DNA of 64,000 bases from an uncultured Rhodospirillaceae bacterium (lineage in GTDB: Bacteria > Pseudomonadota > Alphaproteobacteria > Rhodospirillales > UBA2165): contig CAZNLR010000002.1 of assembly GCA_964574215.1 (NCBI GenBank), forward strand, positions 2,003 to 66,002, written 5' to 3'. The notes under the pieces were generated by a model. It saw nothing but the letters and a program-made list of their open reading frames with translations, made no database searches and was not told where the DNA came from. This document shows positions 10,233-20,209 of the stretch, piece by piece. Numbering within the stretch: position 1 is the first letter of the stretch; the number at the start of each line of letters is the position of its first letter. Position numbers and translations under genes: made by a program.

Positions 10233-11096
10233 ATGAAGGCATCCAACGCGCCACTGGGAATAGTGCTCCTGGTTACCGCCATGTTTTTCAATTCGACCAA
10301 GGACGGTTTCGCCAAACTATTGGCTGAGCAGTATCCGCCCTTCATGCTGCTCTGGTCCCAGTTTCTTTTTATGGTGCTGATTCTTGCGCTTATCATCATC
10401 AAACGGCACGGCGTATCTTTGTTGCTGCCGAAAAACTATGTCGCTCAGATGCTGCGCGGCGCCTGCGTCACGGTCGGCGTCGGCCTCTATTACTGGGCGA
10501 TAAATTTTATCCATATCGCCGATGCGACGGCTATGGTGTTTGTCGCGCCTCTCATCGTGACCGCGCTGTCGCCGATCTTCCTGAACGAACCTTTGGGGTT
10601 GCGCCGAACCGTCGCCGTAATCGTCGGCTTCATCGGGGTTCTGGTCATCTTGAGGCCGGATTTGGAAGGAGACCGGATCGGTTATTTCATCGCCTTGGCG
10701 TCGGGGGTGTTTCTCGGGTTTTTCTATATGGCAAACCGTAAACTCGCCGACGGCACACCCCATGTAGCGTCGTCTTACTATACGGCGCTTACCGGTGCGG
10801 TGATCCTAATTCCGTTTGCGCCGTTTTTCTGGACTCAACCGCAAATGGTCGATGCCGTGCCGATGTTCGCATTTGTGTCCCTTGCCACCGTGGGTCAGGT
10901 GCTGATGGTATCGTCCTTCGCCTACGCCGCGGCCAATATAATCGCGCCCTTCGTCTACTCCCAGATAATCGCCGCCACCGCCGTCGGCATTATCATGTTC
11001 GATGCCTTTCCGGACAACGTAACCTGGCTGGGAATCGCCATCGTAGTTACCTCGGGAATTTATATCGCCGTCCGGGAAAGCAGGTTAAGCGGCTGA
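10233..11096 (+). CDS. DMT-superfamily (EamA-like) transporter
   Basis: About 10 hydrophobic helices in two halves, a length and layout typical of EamA-repeat proteins. GTG at 10230 or ATG at 10233 could be the start. Confidence 0.7.
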   Translation: MKASNAPLGIVLLVTAMFFNSTKDGFAKLLAEQYPPFMLLWSQFLFMVLILALIIIKRHGVSLLLPKNYVAQMLRGACVTVGVGLYYWAINFIHIADATAMVFVAPLIVTALSPIFLNEPLGLRRTVAVIVGFIGVLVILRPDLEGDRIGYFIALASGVFLGFFYMANRKLADGTPHVASSYYTALTGAVILIPFAPFFWTQPQMVDAVPMFAFVSLATVGQVLMVSSFAYAAANIIAPFVYSQIIAATAVGIIMFDAFPDNVTWLGIAIVVTSGIYIAVRESRLSG

Positions 11097-11098
11097 GC

Positions 11099-11863
11099 CT
11101 AGCCTGCCATACCGCCATCGGCCATATAGACGCCGCCGTTACAGAAACTGCTCATATCCGACGCCAGGAACAGCACCATTTGGGCGATTTCCGAGGCCTG
11201 CGCATGTCGGCGCAGCGGAATGCGCTGGTTCAGCATCTCCGTGGCGTCAATGCCCATCACTTTGCTCATGCGGTCTTCGATCTCCAACTGGAAGTCATTG
11301 TCGACCGGTCCGGGCGCAACCACGTTGGCCCTGATATTGCGCGGGCCCACTTCCTTGGCGATGCTCCGCATCATTCCCACGATGGCATGTTTGGAGGTGG
11401 CGTAGGCAATGGTGTTGGCGTTGGCCTGGACGCCCATAATGCTGGAGGTAATGATAATGCTGCCGCCGTCGCCCATGTGGGGAAGGGCAAACTTGCAGGC
11501 CAGGAAGGCGCCCCGGACATTAACCGCCATGACCTGATCGAATTTGTCGACGGGAAATTCGGCGACCGGTTTGGTGTCCCCGCTGAAACCGGCATTGCTG
11601 AACAGGACGTCCAGCCGCCCCCATTTTTCCATTGTTTTGTCGATATAGGCCCTGGTCGCTTCTTCGTCGGATACATCGGCCTGCTGGGCATCGACATTGT
11701 CACCGGGATCTCCCAGAATTTTTACCGCCGCCACCAATTTGTCGGCGTCGTGATCCACCAGCATCACATGGGCGCCTTCTTCAATAAGCGCCGCAGCGCT
11801 GGCCAGACCAATGCTGCCGCCACCACCGGTGATGATGCATACCCGATCGTTCATTTTTCCCAT
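11099..11863 (-). CDS. SDR-family oxidoreductase
   Basis: 'ITGGGGSIGLA' (TGxxxGxG), 'NAG' and 'YATSKHAIVGM' (YxxxK). Confidence 0.85.
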   Translation of the reverse strand: MGKMNDRVCIITGGGGSIGLASAAALIEEGAHVMLVDHDADKLVAAVKILGDPGDNVDAQQADVSDEEATRAYIDKTMEKWGRLDVLFSNAGFSGDTKPVAEFPVDKFDQVMAVNVRGAFLACKFALPHMGDGGSIIITSSIMGVQANANTIAYATSKHAIVGMMRSIAKEVGPRNIRANVVAPGPVDNDFQLEIEDRMSKVMGIDATEMLNQRIPLRRHAQASEIAQMVLFLASDMSSFCNGGVYMADGGMAG

Positions 11864-11917
11864 TTTTACCTCTTCCCTTTTTTATATTGTTTTTCTCTCG
11901 GCCACAGGGTCTTCCCC

Positions 11918-12814
11918 CTAGGTTACAGAATTTTCCAATGTGCCGATGGGATCGATGGTCACGGCGACCACGTCACCGGGTTTAAGAAAGATCGGCGGCT
12001 CGAAGCCGATACCCACACCGACGGGCGTACCCGTGGCGATCACATCACCCGGTTTTAGAGTGATCCCTGCGGAAATGGTTTCGATCAGGGTCGGGATATC
12101 GAAAATCAAATCCGCCACCTTGGCGTCCTGCCGTGACTCACCGTTGACTTTGGTGGTCAGATGAAATTCATCGACGTCGCCGGCCTCGTCGGACGTGAGA
12201 ATTACCGGACCCATGGGACAGAACCCGTCCAGGCTTTTGCCGATGAACCATTGTTTGTGCCTGTGCTGAAGGGTGCGGGCGGTGACATCGTTGACCACCG
12301 TATAGCCATAGACGTAATCGAAGGCATTTTTTTTGGTAATACTCCGGCCTTCCTTGGCGATAATCACCGCCAGTTCGCCCTCGTAGTCGACGGAATTGGT
12401 CGGGTCCAGATAAGACGGAATGGCGTCACCGGGACCGATAACGGAACTGGGCGCCTTGGTGAAGATGATGGGATCGTCCGGAACCGCCGTTTTGCCGGAC
12501 GTTGCGTCGAACCCTGAATCATGGAATTCCCTGGCATGTTCATGGTAGTTGCGCCCCACACACATGATGTTGCGGTGGGGCGTCGGGATAGGCGCCAAAA
12601 ACTTGACGTCAGAGGATGACAGGTGTGCGGAAGGTTCGGCCGATTGAACGGCCGCTGCCGCCCTCGTCAAGCCGTCCTCGCCGAGCACGATAAAATCAGT
12701 CATTGTTGCCGGCAAGGTGGGGTCGGCAATGGAAAAATCGGTGATTAACCCGGTTTCGGCATCCAACGCGCCAATGGCCTGCCGGGCACCGTTTTCAAAA
12801 GTTACGAGACGCAT
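11918..12814 (-). CDS. Fumarylacetoacetate hydrolase (FAH)-family protein
   Basis: 'DYEGELAVIIAK', 'GYTVVNDVTAR', 'W--GKSLDGFCPMGP' and 'PGDVIATGTPVGVG' are classical FAH-fold motifs. Confidence 0.85.
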   Translation of the reverse strand: MRLVTFENGARQAIGALDAETGLITDFSIADPTLPATMTDFIVLGEDGLTRAAAAVQSAEPSAHLSSSDVKFLAPIPTPHRNIMCVGRNYHEHAREFHDSGFDATSGKTAVPDDPIIFTKAPSSVIGPGDAIPSYLDPTNSVDYEGELAVIIAKEGRSITKKNAFDYVYGYTVVNDVTARTLQHRHKQWFIGKSLDGFCPMGPVILTSDEAGDVDEFHLTTKVNGESRQDAKVADLIFDIPTLIETISAGITLKPGDVIATGTPVGVGIGFEPPIFLKPGDVVAVTIDPIGTLENSVT

Positions 12815-12841
12815 GACAAGAAATCCGGATTGTCCGCAAGG

Positions 12842-13183
12842 CTACAGATAATTTTCGTCGTCTGAGCCAAAGAGTTTTTCGATATAGGACATTTCCGACC
12901 TCAATCCCTGGCGGCCGATCAGCTTGGATTGAGCGCCTTCGGGCAGGTCGGTGAAGGCGAGAACACCTTTGTCGATCAAAACTTCGATCAAATCCTCCGT
13001 TACCCGGGCGAGAGCCAAGTCAGCTTGCAGCCATTCATCGGAGGCGATGATGGCGCTGGCGTCGATTCCTAAGAAGGCCACCAGTTCTTCGTTGCCTGCG
13101 GATACTTCTTCGTTAGCGCCGTTCTCCGGTCCGGTAAAAACGGCCTCAATCTGGCCTTCGGCGTTGCGCCTGACGAACGGCAT
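12842..13183 (-). CDS. Hypothetical acidic protein (113 aa)
   Basis: Clean ORF with codon usage like its neighbours, on the same strand and downstream of the MoxR operon. I could not recognise a domain. Confidence 0.5.
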   Translation of the reverse strand: MPFVRRNAEGQIEAVFTGPENGANEEVSAGNEELVAFLGIDASAIIASDEWLQADLALARVTEDLIEVLIDKGVLAFTDLPEGAQSKLIGRQGLRSEMSYIEKLFGSDDENYL

Positions 13184-13290
13184 GGGCGAATATCCTCCAC
13201 TAATTCTTTTGTTAGATTAAATCTAGTATCAGAGTTGCCTAATTTAAAGTGGAAACCAATTGGAAAGAGAAAATAATTGTCTCTTTCTGC

Positions 13291-13336
13291 TTACCGGCCC
13301 TCCCGCCGCTCACTACTATTTACCGGCCCTCCCGCC
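13291..13336. repeat. 17-bp perfect direct repeat TTACCGGCCCTCCCGCC (13291-13307 and 13320-13336)
   Basis: Read directly. The second copy is the stop codon plus the last 5 codons of the 698-aa gene. The first copy lies 29 bp further 3' in non-coding DNA. Confidence 0.85.
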
Positions 13337-15416
13337 ACCAGGACAACATAATACCGCCGGCGGCCAGCAACAGGAACAGCATGGCGGGTAACAACGGCAC
13401 CTGGCGGGCACCGGTTACGACATATGCCCCGTTACGGACCATGCCCAACCAGTCGTTGCCGTCGGCGCTGCGGCCCGGTTTGGTGCGACGGAAATCGGGA
13501 ATACCGTCGGCGATCCATTTGATGCCGCCGCCGCTGGCTTTGATTACGGGCGCCAGCCTGTCGGGCGAGGCGCGTAAATCGGCCAGTTCCGGCGGGTTAA
13601 GTTTGCCCACAGCCGCCAAAGTCTTCCGCCTGCCGTCGCTGATTTGGTAGAGGCCGGTTTCGTCGGTCCGGACCGTCGCTGTCGCACCGCCCTGCAGATT
13701 GGGCGTTAACTTAACGATCGATTTCTTACCCGACGGTGCGATCAGGGTAATAGGTGGATTATCGGGGCTCAGACTGCGCCTCTCTATGGTCAACTCCCTG
13801 CCGTCCACCCTGGCCCGCAAATCCTCTTCCTCCAAATCCGGTTCTTTCATCAGCCAATGGGACAACCGCCGCAATAATTCGGCATGGGGACCGCCGCCTT
13901 CGAAACCCCGCGCCCACAACCAGACATGATCGCTCATAAACTGGGCGACCCGTCCTTTGCCGATGCGGTCCAGCAGCAGCAAAGGTTTGTCGCCGGCGCC
14001 GGTCAGCAGGGTGTCGCCGGCCTTGGCGTGGGCGTCAATTTGCCGGAACCAGCGGCCCCATTTCTCCGGCAGCCCGGGCAGTCCGGCCGTCACCGGGTGG
14101 CGGCGCCCCTTGTCGGTCAACTGCGCCCGGAAGGGGGCTTCGATTACCGAATCCAGCGGCTGGCCGGGAAAAATTTTTCCCAAGGGCGTGTGATACAGGC
14201 TGCGCAAGCCGGAAAAATCAGGCCCCACCGCCGCCAGAACGGCGCCGCCCTTGCGGACATAGTTCTCGATGTTCTGAAAATAGGCCGAGGGCAACACGAA
14301 ACGAACGACATAGCGGTCAAATACGATCAGGTCGAATTCGTGCAGCTTGATTTCGAACAGTTGGCGGATGGGAAAAGAAATCAAAGCCAGTTCGTTCAAC
14401 GGCGTGAAATCGTTTTTCTCGGGCGGCCGCAGGATGGTGAAATGCACCAAATCCACGGCGGGATCGGATTTCAAGAGATTGCGCCAGGTGCGTTCACCCA
14501 GATGAGGCTGCCCCGAAACCAGCAGAACCTTCAACCGGTCGCGGACCCCATTGACGGTAATCACCGCCCGGTTGTTGGCCAGCGACATTTCATTGGTAAT
14601 GGGCTGGACCGCCATCTCGATAATCGTTGCGCCCCCATGATCGATGGGCAGGGAAAAGGTTTTGGACCGGCCAACGGGAATGGTGGTTTTGATTTCGGGC
14701 CCGCCATCCAGGCGGATGGTCAATTGCGCCGATTTGGCGGCAGAGCGCGCCGCGCCTGATTTCGGATTATCCTCCACCCGCAATCTGATTTTGGCCTTCT
14801 TACCCACAATGCCGTAGGCGGGCGCCCGTTCCACGATCAGGCGCCGGTCCCGCTCACCTTTGCGGCCGGTCAGCAACAGGTGCAAGGGCCCGCCCATTTT
14901 CCTGCCGAACTCTTTGGCGGCTTTGCCCAGAGCGTCGGTGGGAACATCGTGGATTTGGCCGTCGGATATGACCAGGGCGCCGGCGAAGCGTCCCTTGGGC
15001 AGGTCCGCCAATGTCCGGCTTAATTCGCCGAACAATTGGGTGCCGTCGTCGGTCTCCCGCAGGCGGATGATACGGTGTTCCAAATCTTTGTGTTTGCCGA
15101 GCCTATCTTTTACGGCTTTTAAGGAGGCGGCCAATTGGGTCCTGCGGTCGCCCGCATTCTGGCTGCTCGATTCGTCGATGGCGATAATGGCGATGTCATT
15201 TTGCGGGCTGCGGTTCTCGCTGGTCAGATGGGGATTGAACAGCGCCAGAACCAATATACCGAGAGCGCCCAGGCGCAGAACCGATCCTCCGGCGCCGCGG
15301 ACAATACCGTATATCAACAGGAGGAACGCAATACCGCCCAAGGCCGCAATGGCCGACCATGGGGCCAGGGGAGTAAATCCGATGCCTGATAGCTCGAGGG
15401 CGGTAATTTCCGTCAT
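13320..15416 (-). CDS. Membrane protein with a vWA-like N-terminal module; last gene of the MoxR operon
   Basis: 698 aa. Two N-terminal TM helices are followed by 'IAIIAIDESSSQ' (DxSxS MIDAS-like) and 'LVISDGQIHDV'. There is a C-terminal TM helix. ATGA overlap with the upstream gene (15413-15416). Confidence 0.75.
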   Translation of the reverse strand: MTEITALELSGIGFTPLAPWSAIAALGGIAFLLLIYGIVRGAGGSVLRLGALGILVLALFNPHLTSENRSPQNDIAIIAIDESSSQNAGDRRTQLAASLKAVKDRLGKHKDLEHRIIRLRETDDGTQLFGELSRTLADLPKGRFAGALVISDGQIHDVPTDALGKAAKEFGRKMGGPLHLLLTGRKGERDRRLIVERAPAYGIVGKKAKIRLRVEDNPKSGAARSAAKSAQLTIRLDGGPEIKTTIPVGRSKTFSLPIDHGGATIIEMAVQPITNEMSLANNRAVITVNGVRDRLKVLLVSGQPHLGERTWRNLLKSDPAVDLVHFTILRPPEKNDFTPLNELALISFPIRQLFEIKLHEFDLIVFDRYVVRFVLPSAYFQNIENYVRKGGAVLAAVGPDFSGLRSLYHTPLGKIFPGQPLDSVIEAPFRAQLTDKGRRHPVTAGLPGLPEKWGRWFRQIDAHAKAGDTLLTGAGDKPLLLLDRIGKGRVAQFMSDHVWLWARGFEGGGPHAELLRRLSHWLMKEPDLEEEDLRARVDGRELTIERRSLSPDNPPITLIAPSGKKSIVKLTPNLQGGATATVRTDETGLYQISDGRRKTLAAVGKLNPPELADLRASPDRLAPVIKASGGGIKWIADGIPDFRRTKPGRSADGNDWLGMVRNGAYVVTGARQVPLLPAMLFLLLAAGGIMLSWWREGR

Positions 15417-18190
15417 TGGCCCAACCTCTCGAGAATGGCGGGCAGATGAACCTGGTCCGCTTTGTAGTTTCCCGTCAGTACATACATCATGAGATTGATG
15501 CCGAACCGGTAGGCCATTTCCCGCTGGCGTTCACCGCCGGGAACCGCCGGGAATAGGGGCTTGCGGGCGTCGTCCAGGGCCCATGCGGCGGCCCAATCAT
15601 GGGCGCCGACGATGATCGAGGAAACACCGTCATTGACCCGTCTTCCCGAACTGCCGCCCGATCCAGGTGATTGCCCGGCCATCCGCTCGACCCAAAGACG
15701 TCCGCCGGTCCATCTTCCCGGAAACTCCCGCAGCAGATAGTAGGCTTTGGTCAAAACGTGGTCCGAGGGAATCGCCGTCATGGTCGGCAGGTCAAGATGG
15801 CGGGAGATTTCCTCCAGCCGGTCGGAATTGATGCCACTGCTGCCATGGTCTCTTGTGTCGAAGAAAATAGTGCCGCCGGACTTCATGTATTTGTTGAGGC
15901 GCGCCGCCGTAGCCGCGTCGATGTTCTCCGCATCCTCGCTGATGGGCCAGTAAATTAGCGGATAGTAGGAAAGCTCGTCGGCAGCCGGGTCGATGGCGAT
16001 GGGCCGTCCCATATCGGCGGCGGTGCGGCTGTTAGTGATAAAGGCGAGGCCGGTCAATCCGGCGAAGCTGGTATCGTCGATCCGCCGATTGCCGGTTTTG
16101 ACGTAAGCAAGCCTGATTTTTAATGTCGGCGACATCAATTTTTCGTCCGGACCCTGAAGGGGGTCGAATTTTTGCTGGGCCGAGGCCGGCGACAGGCTTC
16201 CCAAACCGATCACGATACAGGCCACAATGGCGGCGGTTCGGGCCCGCGTGAAATAGCCACGCAGGGTGTAACTGGCGATAATATCGAGGATTGCCAGAAG
16301 CAGCGCCGCCATCAGCAGATGTCCCCGATAATCCTTTTCCCTGGAAGCTTGGTAATTAGCCGTGGCGATCCCGGCGTCGAGCGCTCCAATTGCCGCCATC
16401 TGGCCGAGGGACGGAGAAAGATTAAAGGCGCGGCGGGCGGCCTCGTCGCCGTAAAATCCCGGAGGATGATGAGGTCCCGGTTTTTGGCCGAGGAAATCGC
16501 CGCCCTTAATGGCCAGGGCGCCGGCGCGGGCGGGACCCAGCCGCCCGAACCCGTTCACCGATTGTAGCGGTTTCAGCAGGGCATCGCTGGTTTTACCGGT
16601 AACTCCCCGGCTCATTTGAACGAGATTTTGCAGCATCGAAACGAACAGGCCCGAGAGCGGCAGGTTCGACCAGGCCGGGCTGGCGGTGATGTGAAAGAAT
16701 ACGAGCCACCCCCGGCCGCGTTTTTCGGCCGTCACCAAAGGCGTGCCGTCTGACAGTCGTGCCCAGGTTTTTTCCGATAGGTCTACCGCCGGCTGGGCCA
16801 GCACTTGGCGGTGGATGAATACGTCGCCAGGTACGGTAAGGCCGGCAAAGGGACTTTTTTCATCGAAGGCCGCCAGATGCGCGGGTTTGCTCCAGGAGAG
16901 CGCCCCGCCCAACTCCCGGTCGCCCTTGCGCAAACGTACCGGCAGGAACGGGTCTACAGTCAATCCCTGCTTGGTCGCCAGTTTGGGACCGGCGAAACGG
17001 ACCGCAACGCCGCCGCTTTCGATCCAACGCCCGAGAGCCGTTCTTTCAACCTTGTTCATTTTTCCCGGGTCGGCCAATAGCATAAGCGCCAATTCCCGTT
17101 TAAGAAGTTCCTGGATGGTTCCAAGCCGAACTTCGGTGAAAGGATCAAGCGCCCGGTCGAGGTAAAAGAGATTGTCGAGGAGGGGCTGGTCGCCACTGCG
17201 TTTGATGGCCGAAACCAGGCCTACCGGCCGCCGCCGCCAGCGTTCATCGACCAACACGGTGGCGGCGGCCGTGTTCTGATTTTCGATTTCGATGAGGGTT
17301 ATGCGGTTGCGCAGTTCCGCAGGCACATCAAGTTGGAAGGTGCCTTCTTTTTTGCCTGGCCCGATAACGGCGTCTCGCCGCGCCAGCACACCGCCTTTTT
17401 CATCCCGATAGCGCAATTTGAGAGATTGCGAGCCGCTACGCTGGAGCCGCCGGAAGGTCGCTTTCAATCCCGTGCGCTCTGATACGGGCGGCAGGAGTAT
17501 GACCGGCATATCCTCCGCCGGATCGCTAAATACGGTCACCTTGCCGAGTCTCTGTAAGCCATTGGCGAATTCGTTTGTGCTTTCGTCTTCTCCGATCTGT
17601 TTCAACCCGTTGCTAAGCCAGAAAACATCCGCCGCGGTACCGATATCCAGATCATTGAGGATGGAGGCCGCCGCGTCGCGGTTCACCGGCCAAGGTTTGG
17701 GTTGTAACGCGCCGAGAAACCGTCTCGCCGAATCGGCAGTCAACAGGCTCGCCATATCCCGGCTGCTATCGGCCGGGCCCGGCGCCGTGGTAATCACTGC
17801 CACCGGTCTGCCGTTGCGCTCCGCCTGGTCGACCAGATTGGCAAAAACCGTTTGCCGTTTGCGCCAGTTTTTAGCTGACGTCCAGCCGTCGTCCACCACC
17901 ACAACCAAGGGACCGGACCCGGCCAATTTACCGCCGGCGTTGAGTATCGGGTGTGCCGCCGCCAGGATGATCAGCACCAGCATCGCCAACCGCAATAGCG
18001 TGAGCCAGAGCGGTGTTTTCGCCGATTCCTCTTCCGGATTGACCAGACGCATGATGAGGCGGATGGCGGGGAAACTCAGGCGTTTGGGCGCCGGCGGAAT
18101 GACCCGCAGCAGCCACCAGAGAACGGGTAGAACAGCGAGCCCCAGCAACGCCGCCGGAGCAATAAAGGAGATGGCGCCGACCGTGAACAT
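15413..18190 (-). CDS. BatA-N-terminal-type double-TM protein with a DUF4159-like C-terminal domain
   Basis: The likely start ATG at 18190 ('MFTVGAISFIAPAALLGLAVLPVLWWLLRV') shares its A with the DUF58 stop (TGATG). The C-terminal 'YYPLIYWPISEDAENIDAATAARLNKYMKSGGTIFFDTRD' fits my recollection of DUF4159. The ORF track extends to 18292. Confidence 0.75.
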   Translation of the reverse strand: MFTVGAISFIAPAALLGLAVLPVLWWLLRVIPPAPKRLSFPAIRLIMRLVNPEEESAKTPLWLTLLRLAMLVLIILAAAHPILNAGGKLAGSGPLVVVVDDGWTSAKNWRKRQTVFANLVDQAERNGRPVAVITTAPGPADSSRDMASLLTADSARRFLGALQPKPWPVNRDAAASILNDLDIGTAADVFWLSNGLKQIGEDESTNEFANGLQRLGKVTVFSDPAEDMPVILLPPVSERTGLKATFRRLQRSGSQSLKLRYRDEKGGVLARRDAVIGPGKKEGTFQLDVPAELRNRITLIEIENQNTAAATVLVDERWRRRPVGLVSAIKRSGDQPLLDNLFYLDRALDPFTEVRLGTIQELLKRELALMLLADPGKMNKVERTALGRWIESGGVAVRFAGPKLATKQGLTVDPFLPVRLRKGDRELGGALSWSKPAHLAAFDEKSPFAGLTVPGDVFIHRQVLAQPAVDLSEKTWARLSDGTPLVTAEKRGRGWLVFFHITASPAWSNLPLSGLFVSMLQNLVQMSRGVTGKTSDALLKPLQSVNGFGRLGPARAGALAIKGGDFLGQKPGPHHPPGFYGDEAARRAFNLSPSLGQMAAIGALDAGIATANYQASREKDYRGHLLMAALLLAILDIIASYTLRGYFTRARTAAIVACIVIGLGSLSPASAQQKFDPLQGPDEKLMSPTLKIRLAYVKTGNRRIDDTSFAGLTGLAFITNSRTAADMGRPIAIDPAADELSYYPLIYWPISEDAENIDAATAARLNKYMKSGGTIFFDTRDHGSSGINSDRLEEISRHLDLPTMTAIPSDHVLTKAYYLLREFPGRWTGGRLWVERMAGQSPGSGGSSGRRVNDGVSSIIVGAHDWAAAWALDDARKPLFPAVPGGERQREMAYRFGINLMMYVLTGNYKADQVHLPAILERLGQ

Positions 18191-19122
18191 CAGCGCATCC
18201 CCATCAGGTCGCGGGACGCCGTCAGCGCCATATACAGGCTCAAAAGGGCGGTTTCGGCGGGCTGATCCGTAACGTGGCCGGCAAAGCCCCATCCGGCAGT
18301 CCGGGCGATGGCCTGCAATCCTCTCCGCTGGGCGGCGAATTCGTCCCGGTAGGCGCTCTGTACGCCCTCGACCTTACCGATCAAGGCGTCGCCTTCACCC
18401 TCCATGCCTTCAAACCTGGTGCGTCCCTTGAAGGGTAAAGACTCTTCGGCGGGATCGATGATTTGAAGAATATGGCCATCGACGCCCCGGTCGGCCAACG
18501 CGCCCACCGCCCGGTTGATATCGTCGAGAGGCTCCAGGAAATCGCTCATCAGAACGACGCGTCCGTGGCTGGGGACCGGCTCGAACGGGGGCAGGCTTTC
18601 CTCTTCTTTCCCGGTAGAAGCCTTTTCGGCTGCTTCCATCGCCGCCGCCATCAAGAAAAGCGCCGTCCGGCCGGTTGTCGGAATGATCCCCGCGCCCAGC
18701 GGCGCCACATGTTCGCCGCCCCTGACCAACAACGACGTCAGGGCAAAGGTCAGCAACTCGGCGTGCTCCGCTTTGGTCGGCAATTGTTTGGACGAGCTAT
18801 ATTGCATGGAAGGAGAGGCGTCGCTCCAAAGCCAAACGCTTTGCGCCGCTTCCCATTCGTTTTCGCGCAAATACACGATGTCGGATTTAGCCGAACGCCG
18901 CCAATCGATTTGCTGGATAGGATCACCCCACTCGTAGCGCCGGAACTGCCAGAAAGTTTCTCCCTGACCCACCCGTTTTCTGCCATGAACCCCTTGGGAC
19001 ACCGTCGCCGCCACCCGTTCCGCTGCCACCATGAGCGGCGGTAATTTGGCGGAGAGGACTTCCGCCCGGTGGTGCAGGTCGGCCCTCACGTGGGCGTCGC
19101 GGGATGGGGAAGTTGCAGTCAT
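18190..19122 (-). CDS. DUF58-family protein (MoxR partner)
   Basis: 310 aa. 'FWQFRRYEWGDPIQQIDWRRSAKSDIVYLRENEWE' is the DUF58 signature. It sits directly downstream of moxR. Confidence 0.85.
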   Translation of the reverse strand: MTATSPSRDAHVRADLHHRAEVLSAKLPPLMVAAERVAATVSQGVHGRKRVGQGETFWQFRRYEWGDPIQQIDWRRSAKSDIVYLRENEWEAAQSVWLWSDASPSMQYSSSKQLPTKAEHAELLTFALTSLLVRGGEHVAPLGAGIIPTTGRTALFLMAAAMEAAEKASTGKEEESLPPFEPVPSHGRVVLMSDFLEPLDDINRAVGALADRGVDGHILQIIDPAEESLPFKGRTRFEGMEGEGDALIGKVEGVQSAYRDEFAAQRRGLQAIARTAGWGFAGHVTDQPAETALLSLYMALTASRDLMGMR

Positions 19123-19149
19123 ACCGTCGCTTTTCTATCCTTTTCCGGT

Positions 19150-20163
19150 CTATCCAACTCTGGCCGCCAGCTTATCGATTACCCCTTCCAGGGTTACGCC
19201 TTCGGCGCGGGCGGCGAAATTGAGCGCCATACGGTGGCGCAGGACGGGATGGGCCAGTGCCAGGACATCATCGATGGATGGCGCCAGGCGCCCGTCCAGG
19301 ACTGCTTTGGCGCGGACCGCCAGCATCAGCGCCTGGCTCGCCCGTGGTCCCGGTCCCCAGGCCACATGCTCGATCACCTCCGGGATATCGGAGGAAGCCG
19401 GTCTGCCGGACCGGACCATTTCCAATATGGCCGCCATCACCGATTCGCCCACCGGCACATGCCGCACCAGCCGTTGGGCGGCGATCAGTTCATTTGCTTT
19501 CAGCACTTTGGCAGGTTGTTCTTCGTGGACGCCTGTGGTGGCGTCTAGGATTTCCCGCTCGGCGGCAAGCTGGGGATAGTCGATGTCGATCTGCATGAGA
19601 AACCGGTCCAGTTGCGCTTCCGGCAGCGGGTAGGTGCCTTCCTGCTCCAGCGGGTTTTGGGTGGCCAGCACATGAAAAGGGGAGGGCAAGTCGTGATAGT
19701 GACCGGCAATGGAGACGCGCCGTTCCTGCATGGCCTGCAACAGGGCCGATTGAGTACGCGGGCTAGCCCGGTTGATTTCGTCTGCCATCAGCAGCTGGCA
19801 AAAGACCGGTCCCTGGATAAAGCGGAACGACCGCTTGCCGTCATCGCCTTCCTCCAGAACTTCGGAGCCGAGAATATCCGCCGGCATCAGGTCGGGGGTA
19901 AACTGCACCCGTCGTTCGGCCAGGCCCAGAACCGTGCCCAAGGTTTCCACCAAACGCGTTTTGCCCAGACCCGGGACGCCGATCAACAGGACGTGACCCC
20001 CGGCGAGCAGCGTGATAAGAGTCTCCTCGACGACCCTTTGCTGACCGAAAATTATCCGGCCGACATTGTTGCGGACGTCGACGAATTTGTGGCTGATATT
20101 TTCAAGCTCGTCGAGTATCTCCGGTTTCTCCGGATTTTCCGTATTGTTGGCGGCGTCGGTCAC
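19150..20163 (-). CDS. moxR: MoxR-family AAA+ ATPase
   Basis: 337 aa. Walker A 'GVPGLGKT'. Walker B/sensor region 'LLMADEINRASPRTQSALLQAMQERRVS' and 'ATQNPLEQEGTYPLPEAQLDRF'. Confidence 0.92.
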   Translation of the reverse strand: MTDAANNTENPEKPEILDELENISHKFVDVRNNVGRIIFGQQRVVEETLITLLAGGHVLLIGVPGLGKTRLVETLGTVLGLAERRVQFTPDLMPADILGSEVLEEGDDGKRSFRFIQGPVFCQLLMADEINRASPRTQSALLQAMQERRVSIAGHYHDLPSPFHVLATQNPLEQEGTYPLPEAQLDRFLMQIDIDYPQLAAEREILDATTGVHEEQPAKVLKANELIAAQRLVRHVPVGESVMAAILEMVRSGRPASSDIPEVIEHVAWGPGPRASQALMLAVRAKAVLDGRLAPSIDDVLALAHPVLRHRMALNFAARAEGVTLEGVIDKLAARVG

Positions 20164-20209
20164 GATCTGATCTCCCTTCGATCTTTATGGTCGTTCGGAT
20201 CAACGCGGT

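Noticed and set aside
11180-12058. 292-aa plus-strand ORF. Similar long shadow ORFs lie at 13884-14759, 17418-18272, 20755-21633, 28627-29490, 45844-46671, 55975-56766 and 58309-59274.
   Set aside because: Each is antisense to a gene with clear family motifs (SDR, the vWA-like gene, the BatA-like gene, NUDIX, MTAP, GlnRS, FtsI, MurF). None has an SD or motifs of its own. They are treated as non-coding.
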